Source of the DNA: Perna viridis
Taxonomy: Eukaryota
Reading direction: 5' to 3'
Length of the DNA: 64,000 nucleotides
NCBI GenBank assembly: GCA_037379345.1
Contig: CM074516.1
Coordinates: 31,161,626-31,225,625 of the forward strand
In this document: positions 51,701 to 64,000 of the stretch, piece by piece
Position numbering within the stretch: position 1 is the first letter of the stretch
Layout of the letters: every line of letters starts with the position of its first letter
Translations under genes and position numbers: made by a program
The notes under the pieces: generated by a model
Seen by the model: the letters and a program-made list of their open reading frames with translations, nothing else
Told to the model about the DNA's origin: nothing
Databases searched by the model: none

Positions 51701-54700
51701 ATCAACTTATACTATGGAAATTGAGTGTGCCAAGTAGAACAGAAGACCATCAATCTGTTGTTACATGTGTGCATCTCAACTTAGGGTGAACTCACTTAAA
51801 GGACCCTTAAAGCAGTAATAATGGTAGGGTTTACTTGAAAACTCTTTTAACTACCATACCTTCCTATTTATGGTGAACTTCAAAAATTCATTATGTGCAA
51901 TTTTAGAAGTTAATTTAGGTGCAAATTTTTAGTACTTTATGTGATAAGCCCCAAAATACTGCACTATATAAACCATATTAGTAATGTTAATTAGCAACCA
52001 GCCATTGGAGATTTGTGTAGATTTGCAACTATTCTCAGGAAATCATAGGGTAAGTCCATATGCAACACTTGCTGAATATTGAGCACAAAACTAAATGTCT
52101 CCATATTTGAATACCATACTGTATCCTTTTTACTGGGCTATGGTGAGTACACCATTTTGTGCATACATGTACATATCTATCCATAGGAAATGATGTGTGC
52201 TCGTAACAAATTGATGTACCTATCTTCTATGTAACAATTAAATTAGGTCAATTAATTTCAAGTCCACATAAAGTACTAAAAATCAGATCTTGATCAATGA
52301 GTGCACACCAAAATAAAGAAAAAAAACTCAATTTGTGAAGATGAATCAAACTGAAAAAATAACAAGGAAGTAAACAAAATAAGGTGCAACAACAAAAAGG
52401 GAAGATAACTCCAACAAAAAGAAGAATATCAAGAAAGATAACTCAAACAAACAATATTAAAGTATTGTTGTCTGTTGCATTTAAAATATACAAACTGTAA
52501 ATATGACTTTCAATCAGCATTCATTGTTAGTAGTGTTAAAATGTTAATATCATGCATGAATAACATGGGAAATGAAAATGAAAACACATCTATGTAATAA
52601 AAATTTCCTCAAAAACAACTTTTTTCAATGGCACCTTTGTAATTGTAAAAGGTTCCAACATTTCTAGTTGTTGGTCCTTCAATTTGAACTTTATTTTCTT
52701 CAATGTATAATTCATCATAACCAAGTTATATTTCTGCAACTGAATCCTATACATTGCTATTCTAAATTAGATTTGTTCAAAATTGTGTTTTCTTCCAAGC
52801 ATAAAATATTTCATGACTTTGCCACATCGGCAAATTTTGGTTGGCAAAAAAAAAGTTCAAATTATATGTCAGTATACAGACTACATTCTATATGGAGTAA
52901 ATCATTTATATGCTACAATGGCCAAAGTCTTAATCTGAAAGTTACAACCATCTTAATTTCTTTTCAATTATTAATTGTACTAAGTTTTGCAGTCTGATCA
53001 CAAATACATCTGTAATTATGGAAACATAGATGTGTTTAAGGTGAATAACAAAGCTGTTCCCTTGCAAATTAAAAAACAACAAAAACTAAACTAAAAATAA
53101 AACGTGTTGATGTCAATGATATCTAGGTTCTGAAGCATTTTTCCCCCGAACCCACATGCAATAATATTTAAGTATCCCAAAATATATATGATCATACCCT
53201 TCTTTGTATCAGGACTGATTCAAGTTCAACCATAAATAGGAAACAAGGTGCTTTACTTGGGAAAGGTAATGGGAAAATAACTTGAAATATTTTCTTAATA
53301 ACCTAAAAATGCAACTGAAAGGAAATATTGTGAATTAAAAAATAATGCCTAAAATACATAATTATTTACTTTCCTACTAAACAGAAATACAAATTTCATT
53401 CTCATTTTAACTTGCAAGGTACACGCTTTCAATGGACATGCAAAATATATCTAACCATCCAAGAAATTTTCATGCCAAAAAATGCAATATTTCTTATCAT
53501 GCCGTTAGAAAATTTAGCATGCTTTCTTCTAGCTATGAACTATAAATACCAAAGGCCATGACCAACATCTCACTAGCTTCTAACTTGAACTCTAGGGTTG
53601 ACTATTTTGCTCAATTTAAGATATACTCGTGTTTCTCATGAACCTGACTATCTACATAAGGGAAATCTACCCTCTAAAGTCAATCTTTTATACTAAAATT
53701 CAAATCTTTAGTTACTTCTAAAAAGGCTCATACAAATACTCCTCTTTTTTTTCTCTCATAGATGAAATTTATCTTAGATTTTTTTTTTTTGCAATTTTAA
53801 AACTTAGTGAGCTGAATAATTAATTGTTAATCAACTAGTATCACAGAACCTTTAGAATCTCTTCACACTCAATTTAACCATCCCAAAATAGCAACATTTC
53901 TATGTCCAATGCCTTCACCTATATAATTGCTATACTTGTCCTTTACATATAAATTTGATAAGATTTTTCTATGTTTTAAATTCTAGTGAAGGAACAAGTA
54001 TAACTTTTTGACACCCTCCTTCAAATCAATGCTACTTTATCCAAAAAAAAAACATGCACAAGCAAGCACTAACACCACATACTTTCTTTCCCCTCAGCCT
54101 TCTTCTTTCTCCTGATGGACTTTTTTGCCTTCTTCTGAGGAGAAGCATCCTCCTGTGACTCCTGGCTATCAGACAGGGCACCCTTGTCTGGAGACAGAGC
54201 ATCTGGCGAAGACTTAGCAGAGTCATCTGGGGACATTGAATTGAAGGATTCGTCTCCAGCACCTTCAGCAATGGAGGAGGGAAGACCATCTTGTGACAAA
54301 TCCTGTTTTACAGAATATAATGGCAATCATGATTTGTTATTAACAAACAAGATTTGAGCACATTACATTTTCACATGTTGATAAAATACACTAAAGCTTT
54401 TAGTAAGAGTATCATATTTTTTTTTAAAATAACACTTTTCAAAAGATTTACATATGGGTACATATGGGTTATTCATTCTCTAACAATACAAAAGAACATT
54501 TTTTTGTGCATGTTCTCAGGCCCTCCTCTATTTTTAGGGTACCTCATTGCTAATTCTAACAACATGTGATAGGGTATAATTAGCCTGATATCTAATACAA
54601 AATCATTTTAAATTGGCCTGACAGTCAAGTCATGCTCACCTCAGTTTTCTGAGAATCTGGTGAATCTACACTGCCCATTTCCATCAGCTGTGGTTGACTA

Positions 54701-57700
54701 CTCTGCTCAACTGACGAATCCTTTAAAAAAGATATTTATTTCAATTTACACAGTGAAAATAGAACTTCAAAAGAAAAATTTGGGATACATACTGTGAAAG
54801 TATTATTGTTCATTGGTACCAATTTATCTGGTTTTAATGGAAGGGCTAAACCATGATTTTAAGAATACAACGAAATATTAACTGCAGACCATCACTTAAA
54901 AGGTATCAACCTACAACATTGTTAATTTTTTATTAAGAAGTACATACTTCTGAAGGGTGTTTACCAACTCCATCAAGCTGAATTAGCCTAAGTGTTTATT
55001 CAATAGAAATATATTTGTGCAAGCATTTCATTTTTTATTGTATAAATCAGTTGCAAAATGTCATTTGTGAAGGATAACCAACTTCTGGTGTAAGAAACAA
55101 TGTTCATTAAATTAAATTGTACTAAAATGGTTTTTTTTTTTAAGTTTTAAGGGAGGGTCTGGCTTCTATTTAAAGACCTCTGTTTACCAATGAGTAACAA
55201 AAAACATCCAAAGATTTTTTAGTAAAGTCTAAACTTGGGTTACCATTTTAGTAGAGATTGGACAGCTAGCCAGTTTTTCCTTGTTGACGGCATCATTCAA
55301 AACACAGTTTAATCATAAATAATACTTCACTTCGTATTATTACAACTATTAATAGTAACTGAATTATTTTCTTTTTACTTGAAACAATGTTGAAGTTACT
55401 GTCTTTTGTTCAGGTTTGTCAGTAGTGATTTGTACATGAACACTTTATCTTGCAGTTGCAGAAAGCAACATTTAAGGATTTTTATTATGGTAAATCCACG
55501 AATCCAAGAATTCATGAACATACAATTTTTCATGAAACTGCAAAAATTGGTACCCACAAATAAAAGTACCTTCACAGTCATGTACATTGTAATTATAGTT
55601 GATTGTTACTCCCATAACCCTCACTTTTTGGAAAAGGGGTGTGACTGATGTAAATTTGATGTAATTATTCAACAGGATTAGAAAGAAAAAATAGAAAAAT
55701 CTGGTATTTAATGGAAACATAAGTCAAGTATTTTCATAAAACTTACAGGTTTATCTTGATAACAGGGAAATGCCAAAGTTCTATTTCTGGTCATATCATA
55801 ACAGTACCTAATGTTTCTTCACTATCATTTGCATGTAAAACTTTTTCCATTCATTAAATTCTAATCTTTAGTGCTACCCATGTTGTTAAGCTTTATGAGA
55901 TCAATCAGTCAAAAAAGTGTTTCTTCATGTTTATAGTGCAATTATTACAATATACCTGTGGTATCATGCCTTGCTGTGGAACCATGCCTTGTTGTGGAAC
56001 TATACCTTGCTGTGAAACAATGCCCTGTTGTGAAACCATTCCTTGTTGTGGTCCCATATTTGGGTTAGGAGCCATAGCCTGCTGAGAGTTTATTTGTTGG
56101 GGTGGTACAATATTCGGTGCAGTCATCCCCTGACCCATCATGTTAGGAATTTGTTGGGGTGGCATCATATTGGGTGCAGCCATTGGCTGAGCAGGCATCA
56201 GATTTTGGTCCATACCTGCCTGCATCACTGGCATTGCTTGACTTGGCTGTAGGAATGGAAGAATAATTCCATTAATTTCTGAAGTGCTTTTAAATATATC
56301 CTATAAGAATAGGCAAGGAATTTATATATATATATATTGGATAGACTTTTTTGAGCCTATGATGTTGTTTATGTAAGAGAAAAAAACTCCAAAGCTAGGT
56401 ATGGTATGGTATTGCATGACTTGATTTTAGCAATAGAAGAAACATTTCATCAATTCATAAGTATTAAAATGCTTTTTTACTTATCCTTTGAGGATAAGCA
56501 CAGAATTAAAATAAATAGGATATTTTGTGCAAATCATGTTGCTTTCATTAAGCTTTCCAAGCTAGGTTATCCACACATAATATATCAACAAACAATTTTA
56601 CATGACATACTAAGGGTATATCTGATCAGCTACATATTAAGGAAGTAGACCTAGGGTAAGGGACACAACTCTTTCAAATCATTGGAATGTTTGCATTTAT
56701 CGTTTTACATCAATCTCTTGTAAGCATCAAAGAAACTTGGATTATATTCATTCTGTTTCAAAGGAAAGCTTGAAAGGCTTTGGTGAAATTGAATATGATG
56801 ATACAAACATATCACTGATTTCAAGGGTAATGTCCCTTGCCCTAGGACTACCTCCTTAATGCTAGAAGAAAAAAATTACATCAGCAACCATAGGTTGTAA
56901 CTGTGGGGGATTATCTAATTGTCTCTGTCTTTCCTCAGCTTCTCTTTTTAATCGTTCTTCCTCTTCTCTTTTAACTCGTTCTTCCTCCTCCTTTTTCCGT
57001 TTCTCTGCAAGCTCAGCTTGCTTACGTTTTTCTTCTTCTTGTTGCTGTAGGTACTGAATATGACGCTGTTTTAGCTCTTCCTTAGCTTTGACCATCATAG
57101 TGTTAAACATTTCATCTGAAATCTGTGGTTTGTTTTCACAAAGCTGAAATGTACATGTAATATGATTTATAAAGAATTGAAATGTCTCATTAACTCACAT
57201 CATAGGCAATTATGGTAAGTCAAGTATTAGTAAACCAACATTATATACATAAACCTGTAATTCTTTCAGCTAGTTACTAGGTGTTATCATTTAGCATTGG
57301 ACCAAGGTCCAGGACCCTCATTTTCTGATACAAGACCTTTAAATTATATTTATCTAGGTTCTGGATCTATCATACTTACTACTCTTATTTAGGCCCTTTC
57401 ACTTTTTACTCTTGAAAAAAATCTGAATCCCTGCTACAATAAGAAACTTCCATCTATTTACACTGTTAACTCTTGAAGAGCTACATATCAATAACCAGAT
57501 ATTTCAAACATATTATTATCAGATCATTAACATTATTCTAAATACCTTTTTCAGTTCTTCATGAAATTGTTCACTAGCTTCTGCAAATTTCTTTTTCTTT
57601 GCTTCATGTTTTTCTTCAATGGTCTGTAATTCATTTTCTAATTTTTTCTGCAATACAAAATATTGATATGGATAATACATAATCTATTGCTTCTATCAAA

Positions 57701-60700
57701 ATAAAAACTTAAAAAATGGAGGTTGAATACTGAATCATAAATTAAGATTTTAATTCATCTTTAAACAAACCGTATAACTGGTAATTTTCATGGAGAGAAA
57801 TTTTAGTGGTTTGGCATCAAAATATATGTACTTTATTTTCGCTGAATTTAATTTTTGCAGTACCCAACTTGCCACAAAAACAATTCTGTTTAATAGTGGA
57901 AGAGGAACACACATAACATGAATTTAAATGCATTTATACTTTATCAAGCATATGAACACATGTGTATGTACAAAAAGTATTTCTTCAAAACAACTTCACC
58001 TATGTTAGCAACAGAATGTGTAACACACAATAATGGGAGTGCCAAGCTGTCTTGAGCCCTTTAGTCATTTTTAAAGTTAGCAGATAATAAATGGTCATTA
58101 ATGAAGGTGAAAACAATGTTGACTAATCCTTTAATCCAATTAATAAAATGTGTTTGGATGTAAAAACATTAATAAATACGCTTGGCATGTATAAAATATC
58201 TCTTCATGAACTGTGACAATGTCAGTGTTGATGACTATGTTTTAGTGATACCCTTGATTTCCACACAACAGGAAACAAATATTTAAGGGAAGCAACATCA
58301 TATTATGTTAATTATGAAACATAATGATAGCATAAAAAATGGTTGCATAAATAAATACATTCTGCAAAGTACTTTTCTTTCTGCTTTGACAAATTGAAAA
58401 TTATGGCAAAAAAGACAGTGTCATAATGGCAAAACTGTAACGAACTTCATTATATTATTTTCATTTTTGCATTTACTAATTTATAATTTTGCTCATAGTT
58501 TGAAATAGATGATGTAGTTCACAAATATCTTGGCATTTTTGTTTTAAGGTAAGTAATACCCGCTAAATGATTTTCCCAGCAAACAGGTGCGTATACGCAC
58601 GGGTGATTTATACAGGTAAAACGGTTAGGCAGAGCACACCTAGATTTTGAAGTAACTGGACGTGTTGTGTCAAAGTTTGCAATTCACATATTTGGTGAGG
58701 TCTCAGAATTGACAGTTCAAGACATGGAGTTTCACAGGAAAATATGTTGAATCTGCTCAGGTAAGCGTTTTATTTCTGTTTGTGACCGTGTAGATATTTC
58801 TGTCATTGTATGGCATGTCGTACAGGCTTTTAGTTTAATTCTCACGTGGCGGGTCAGTTAATGGTTTAAATCCCATTTTTGAGTGAACATTTAATTATTT
58901 TGGGTTAATTTATTTGTTTCAGGGGTTTTTCCTATCCAGTTTTGTGCTCCGTTTTGAAGGAAACGTCAAATGCTATCATCCTAGTTTTTGACAGAGATAT
59001 ACCTAAATACCGTATGTTAATGTCAGTTTTGTACGGTGTACAACGACCCATATTTCTGTAATTTAGCGGATGGTGTAATATTTATAGTCAGCAGTAGTTT
59101 GTGTTAATTTAGCTGGGATGTTGCATTAATATATCCTACAGTTCTATTTGATAAACAGTGAAATTTGCTGAAATTAGTTTTCCGTCGGTGTATATGGTGA
59201 AATGTTGAAATAATGTGTGGACGTTCAGCACAAGAATTGTGTTATTTATTTCTGAAATTTATATTGGCCGGAAGGTGTGTATTGGTCAATTTGAATGATA
59301 AATTGTGTTGATTTATATGAGAAATGAAAATTATAGTGTGCCATGCGAATCAGAAATGAATATATATTGAAATAGTGAAATTTAGTTTGAATCTATATTG
59401 AAAGTCTACAGAAATTTTGCGTCCTAGATCCTGACCCTCGATTATGGTGTACCGTAGGAGCTATGGTGAGAGGTGATGATTGAATGGATCTATTAGATTT
59501 TACTACACCAATTTTTAGTCTGTTTACTGTGTGTGAACTGTGACTTTTGTTTGCTTACATACTTTCATTTGCATGCCCATTTATTGATGTTCATTTGCAT
59601 GTTGTAAATATGTTTTGTTTTGTTTGATTTGTTCAGTTTATTAAGTTTTAGTAAAATATTATTTTTACTTTTGTCTCTATAAATGCTGGCCAACTGACAA
59701 TCTGACTATCCTAAGTCTTTACAAAAACAAGCAATTTGGAATAACAATTGCAGATATACCGGTACAGCCTAGGGGTTAAGCAGTATTAAAGGAAATTTGT
59801 CATGGATGTCTTATCATGATAAAGGAAATTAATATTATACTATTTTAATTTTTGCAGTCTCTTGTTATCCGCAAAATAGTGCAAAAAATTACATTGCCGC
59901 AAAAAATTCAAGTTACACTGTATATGTAAATTACAAATAAATATTTGATAAAAAAGCAAAAAACTAAGCTGATCTCATTTACACATTCTGGGTCAGTATT
60001 GTGGAATAAGTTAACATTTATATAATTTAGACACTTATTAACTCATTCAAAATTAACATTAAGAAGCTTCTTTAGAATAATGAATAGAGTGTCGTATCAG
60101 AGATAAATCTAGCTGTTTTTTATTTTCTATAGGGAATATATTCATAGTGCTTTAATATCTTTACATTATCTTTTGTTTCAGTGTTTTCTTTATTGTAGTT
60201 TTAAGTTGTTACAGTTTTTTGTGTGAGGGCTTCAGGTAGGATTGTTTAACTTGCTTACAGTGTAACCATTTTGAAATAAAAGATTTTTATCATAAAACAT
60301 CTCAATACCTGATGCATTGTTAAAGATTGCACTTGACGTTTTAGCACCCCCATTCTGCCAGTCGTAACCACTGTTCTTATATCTGGTACAACAGTCTCAC
60401 TAAAGATATCATTTATCAGCCGATGGTTACGTAGATAACGTGCATGGGCTATGTGTTTCACAGAGAAGCCATCATCAGGGTCTTCCTCCTCATCAGCCTG
60501 CTGTATACTGATCCTACCTTGGGCTTCCATTTTTGCTGCCTATGAAAAAGTAAACAACATGGAGCAAAAAGTAACAATGGCATAAATTTCCTTTCAAAAT
60601 ATATTACTTTTGATATGAGCAAAGTTACTCATAATATCAGGAAAATATTTTGAATACAAGGGAAATCCATGATTTAAGTCAACAGTCATTTTTAGTATGA

Positions 60701-63700
60701 TTTAAGTCAATAAAGATATTTTTATCATGATTTAGGTCAACAAAGTCATTTTTATTATGATTTAAGTCAATAAAGATATTTTTATCATGATTTAATTTAA
60801 TAGTCATTTTCAGTATGATTTAAAAGAGTAATAAAGGGAACCAAGGTTATTGTGGTAATCAAAAGAATGTAATCCAGGGACAAAGACCAGACATGGAAAA
60901 CAGACATACACAACCAAGAACATAAAGTAACTTAAATCATACATACAAAGTAACAAAAGTAAATGAGTAACTCGGACTCCACTAAAAACTGGGAGCATGG
61001 ACCAGGTGTACCGGTAGGGTAAGCAGGGGCTGCTCTGGCCTCCAAAATTCTGTCGTCAGAAAAATCGCCAGCTGCCATATCAACACAATTGTTTAGAAAG
61101 AGTATCCATTGCTGATAAACTTCCTGTCAATTTTGATACACAAAACCCAAGCCCCAAGAAAATTGCCAACTGGCTATTTTTGTTGCCAGATAAAATAAAA
61201 AATCGCAAATTGCAACATTGGCGAAGCCCAGCGCGCCCCCTGGGTAAGCATCCTCTGCTTTTTCTAGAAACACCCACAGAGTAGCTCATAAAAAGTCAAG
61301 TCCAGGGTAGACGAAAGAGGAAAGGAAAACTATGACATGTTGAACAAATCAGTTTTCATGGCACAGATGGATACACCAAAACAATCCAAGAGTTCATGGT
61401 GACGACCATAAAACTTCTGTAGTGATGACTTCAATCCTGTAGCAACATAACCCTGTTCCAGTTGCCTATTTGTTAGAATTCTAGCGTGATACAAAAAGCC
61501 TGCATAGTTTTGACAAGCTCTGGTATAACGTATGAGTTACATGGACACTCCATACACAGGTGCTGAAGGGATGTTGCCACAGATGAAAGGACAGTAGACA
61601 ATTCTGAATGAAGTTATCACGTTTGTCGTAAAGTTTGGTCAATAGTTTGCCTTTACCATTGATTTCTAAGTGTAGGTCAAGATATGAGGCTGACTTCACA
61701 GTGTCTGTGGTATCCTTTATCGCAAGTTCTTTGGGGGTAGATGCGATGCGTCAACAAAGTTTTTTTTATCATGATTTAAGTCAACATAGTTGTTTTCATC
61801 AGATTTAAGTCAATACAGTTATTTTTATTATGAGTCATTCTATAATGACCAACCTGTTTTACCAGGATTTAATATATCACAACCTTACCTGTTGAGATCT
61901 GGGTGTTCTTTGTTCTCTCTGTTTTTGTTGTTCTTCTTCCATAGCAGCTTCTGCAGCAGCTGTAACATGAACCACATCATGTAAAATATCAGTTAAGAAA
62001 AAGATTTTATCAGTGGAAGTAAATCTGCTGAAAGTGACAGAATATTTCAAAAGTCCTGATTTTATCACATATAAGTAGGTATTAGCAAAATCATAAGTCA
62101 AAGAATTGTTTTGGTGAAATCTTGACAGACTAAATTCCACTTCAAGTCAGTTAATCTCATGAAAGTTTCAATTTCTGCATAAATTTATTAGAAACGGATT
62201 TCAATAAAAAGCTTTCCCAAGCACAGCATGATATGACCACAATTACTTCAACTCAAGGCAAGTGTCGCAACAACGAAAGTTTTTGACACACTTAAACATT
62301 AGGACTTGCAGTTCATTATGGACACAAAAACTGGTTTTCGTACAATATTTTGAAATTCAATTTAAGTTAACAGTTCTGCTTTCAGGGTGATCTCATGGAT
62401 CCGATCACACTGAACACCATCATCTCAATAAAGAGCTTCACAGAGAGTAGCATAATATGACTGCAGTGGTGGAACCCTGAACAGTAGGGGAAAGTGTAGA
62501 CACCAATCTTTTTTTGATACACTTTAGCATAGGCACTTACTGTTCACCAAGGACAAAACAAGCAGTTTGGACACATTATAGCAAACAATTTTAAATTTAA
62601 ATAAAAGTTCTCAAAAATGATAAAAAAATCTTTTGGGTATAGCTCCTTTAACCCCTTATAACTAAAAAATTGTAAGAGATGTCTGAAATCTGATTAAAAA
62701 TTCAAGGAAGTGATTTTCATAAGGAATCCAATAAAAAAAATTCCAAAACCAGACAAAAAATTAAACTTGATTTTTGAGGTGTTTCCCCTTACAGACTGAA
62801 AATGCTAAATGCCATTTTTAAATCTTTTAACTGTTCTCTGCACAGAATTTCATCAGAAACAAGTTTCAAAAAGAATTGTCAAAACTGAATCTACATCAAT
62901 TGATTGAAACACATATTTTACCCCTTTCTGTCCCTTTTTTTAGCAGAATAGTAGGGTCCAGTGACTCCATTTTAAATAGCAAGCTTATTCTAGCCACGAG
63001 AAACAATAAATCAAAATTTATGAAATTTGGTTCACTACAACCATTGGACAGAAACGAAAGAGTCAACAACGATGACAACAGCATCATAAAATAATACAGC
63101 CACAATTTTTGTTGTCAAAAAGGATTTCAAGAAAAATGTCCTACATCAGATATTTGATTTATTAATAATACAATATGCATGATCTTCCATCTATCCCATA
63201 ATAACACCCTACCTTTTCCCTTAGCAGCAACCCATGCTTGGTAAGCTGATGAATTGTGGTATAGCTTCATAGCCTCATTGTATTGGGCCTAAAATATCAC
63301 AAGATCATATAGCTAGCATCAACAGGACTGCATTCAAAACCACAAACCCTAGCAAAGTTATGATACATACAAAAATGTGCATAAGAAATTTTAAGGGTAA
63401 GACAATTTTCCTAGTTAGATAAAATTAAGCTTTATATGCATAAAGGAAGTGAAATTTAAACAATAAAGACAAAACAAAAATTTATAATCTCTGTCTTGGC
63501 CTATAAGAAAACAAATGATGTGAGACATGTCAAGCAATTTAATACACACTAATTTCTCCACATATAAGAGTGTAATTTTCTAGGTCAATGTCTTTATCAA
63601 TCTAACCTTTTCTGCTTCATATTCATCCATAAATTCCTGTTTCTGAGATTCATCTAAGTCTCTCCACATCTGACCAATAATCTTCCCTATTTCCCATAGC

Positions 63701-63738
63701 TTTAAGTCTGGGTTAGAATTCTTTACACTATCCCAAAT
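45717..63738 (-). CDS. SMARCE1: SWI/SNF (BAF) subunit BAF57, 3' 11 coding exons (5' end outside the window)
   Basis: Exons 63738-63607 (HMG box [28 protein letters not shown]...EYEAEK), 63288-63213 ([14 protein letters not shown]), 61959-61889, 60539-60309 ([24 protein letters not shown]...[16 protein letters not shown]), 57647-57546 ([14 protein letters not shown]), 57143-56880, 56246-55956, 54720-54640, 54302-54083, 51476-51288 and 45832-45717 (stop). All GT-AG and phase-consistent, giving 1773 nt of open frame. Confidence 0.95.
51288..51476 (-). CDS. Exon encoding a ZEB/Zfh1-type C2H2 zinc-finger pair, in frame with SMARCE1
   Basis: [53 protein letters not shown]. Acceptor ttttag, donor gtgaga, 189 nt, phase 1-1. 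Confidence 0.85.
54791..55579. mobile_element. MITE in a SMARCE1 intron
   Basis: Imperfect TIRs actgtgaaagtattattgttcattggtaccaattt / aaattggtacccacaaataaaagtaccttcacagt. Confidence 0.65.
58551..59780 (+). mobile_element. Possible solo LTR or unclassified insertion, nested in an older MITE (about 57770-59922)
   Basis: CpG-retaining, G/T-skewed ~1.2 kb block unlike the flanking intron, with ends gtaataccc / ggggttaa. Outer imperfect TIRs accgtataactggtaattt / aaattcaagttacactgta. Confidence 0.3.
60824..61748 (-). mobile_element. Naiad PLE 3' fragment in a SMARCE1 intron
   Basis: [27 protein letters not shown] plus the 3' UTR, which is interrupted by a TIR element. Confidence 0.88.
61024..61242. 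mobile_element. Small hAT-like MITE nested in the Naiad 3' UTR
   Basis: Ends caggggctgctctgg / ccagcgcgccccctg. The target sequence ggtaag(ca) is duplicated on both sides. Confidence 0.65.
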
Positions 63739-64000
63739 CTGAAATTAGCCAACTTTTAATCAATTGGTTGATTTTCATAGAAGTTCCTCTACATGTAGAT
63801 ATAAGCTTCAATGTATTCCTTGTTTCCTTTTGATTTCTGACTATAAAAATAGAATGTTTTATTGGAAAGTCCTGCATAAATTTGATTTTAATCAAATGTT
63901 GTTCACTAATTTTAGTATTTAAATATGCAATATCATGTTCTTACATTGTAAGACAAGATTATCAATTTGGTAACACTTATCACCAACTGAAGGGTAAAGG

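Larger units (their letters stand above)
60669..61833 (+). repeat. ~30-bp minisatellite split by a Naiad insertion
   Basis: Unit atgatttaagtcaacaaagtcatttttatt: about 5 units at 60669-60823 and about 3 units at 61750-61833. Confidence 0.85.

Noticed and set aside
60669-60823. CRISPR-like array
   Set aside because: Contiguous ~30-bp tandem units without unique spacers, in a eukaryotic intron.

Overview
AT-rich animal genomic DNA with spliceosomal introns. The repeat repertoire suggests a marine invertebrate, most likely a bivalve mollusc (inference). Two gene loci converge tail to tail. (1) On the + strand, about 12.8-43.5 kb, is a tandem cluster of five PHYHIP/PHYHIPL-like loci, shaped partly by a ~10 kb tandem duplication. 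One copy (B) is intact, one (A) has a single nonsense codon, and three (C, D, E) are decayed. Each carries two N-terminal beta-rich (FN3-like) exons instead of the usual one, and the C-terminal domain shows an R-S-E pattern reminiscent of ADP-ribosyltransferases. (2) On the - strand, 45.7-63.7 kb, are the 3' 11 coding exons of SMARCE1/BAF57. All splice phases are consistent, and they include a symmetric 189-nt exon encoding a ZEB/Zfh1-type C2H2 zinc-finger pair, which canonical BAF57 does not have. The rest is transposon debris: many Naiad-type Penelope-like retroelement copies with a conserved, structured 3' UTR, Neptune-type PLE fragments, RTE and CR1/L2 LINEs, a Crypton/DUF3504 remnant, a probable Chapaev-like transposase relic, SINEs, MITEs and minisatellites. 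Most short ORFs in the supplied track are spurious.
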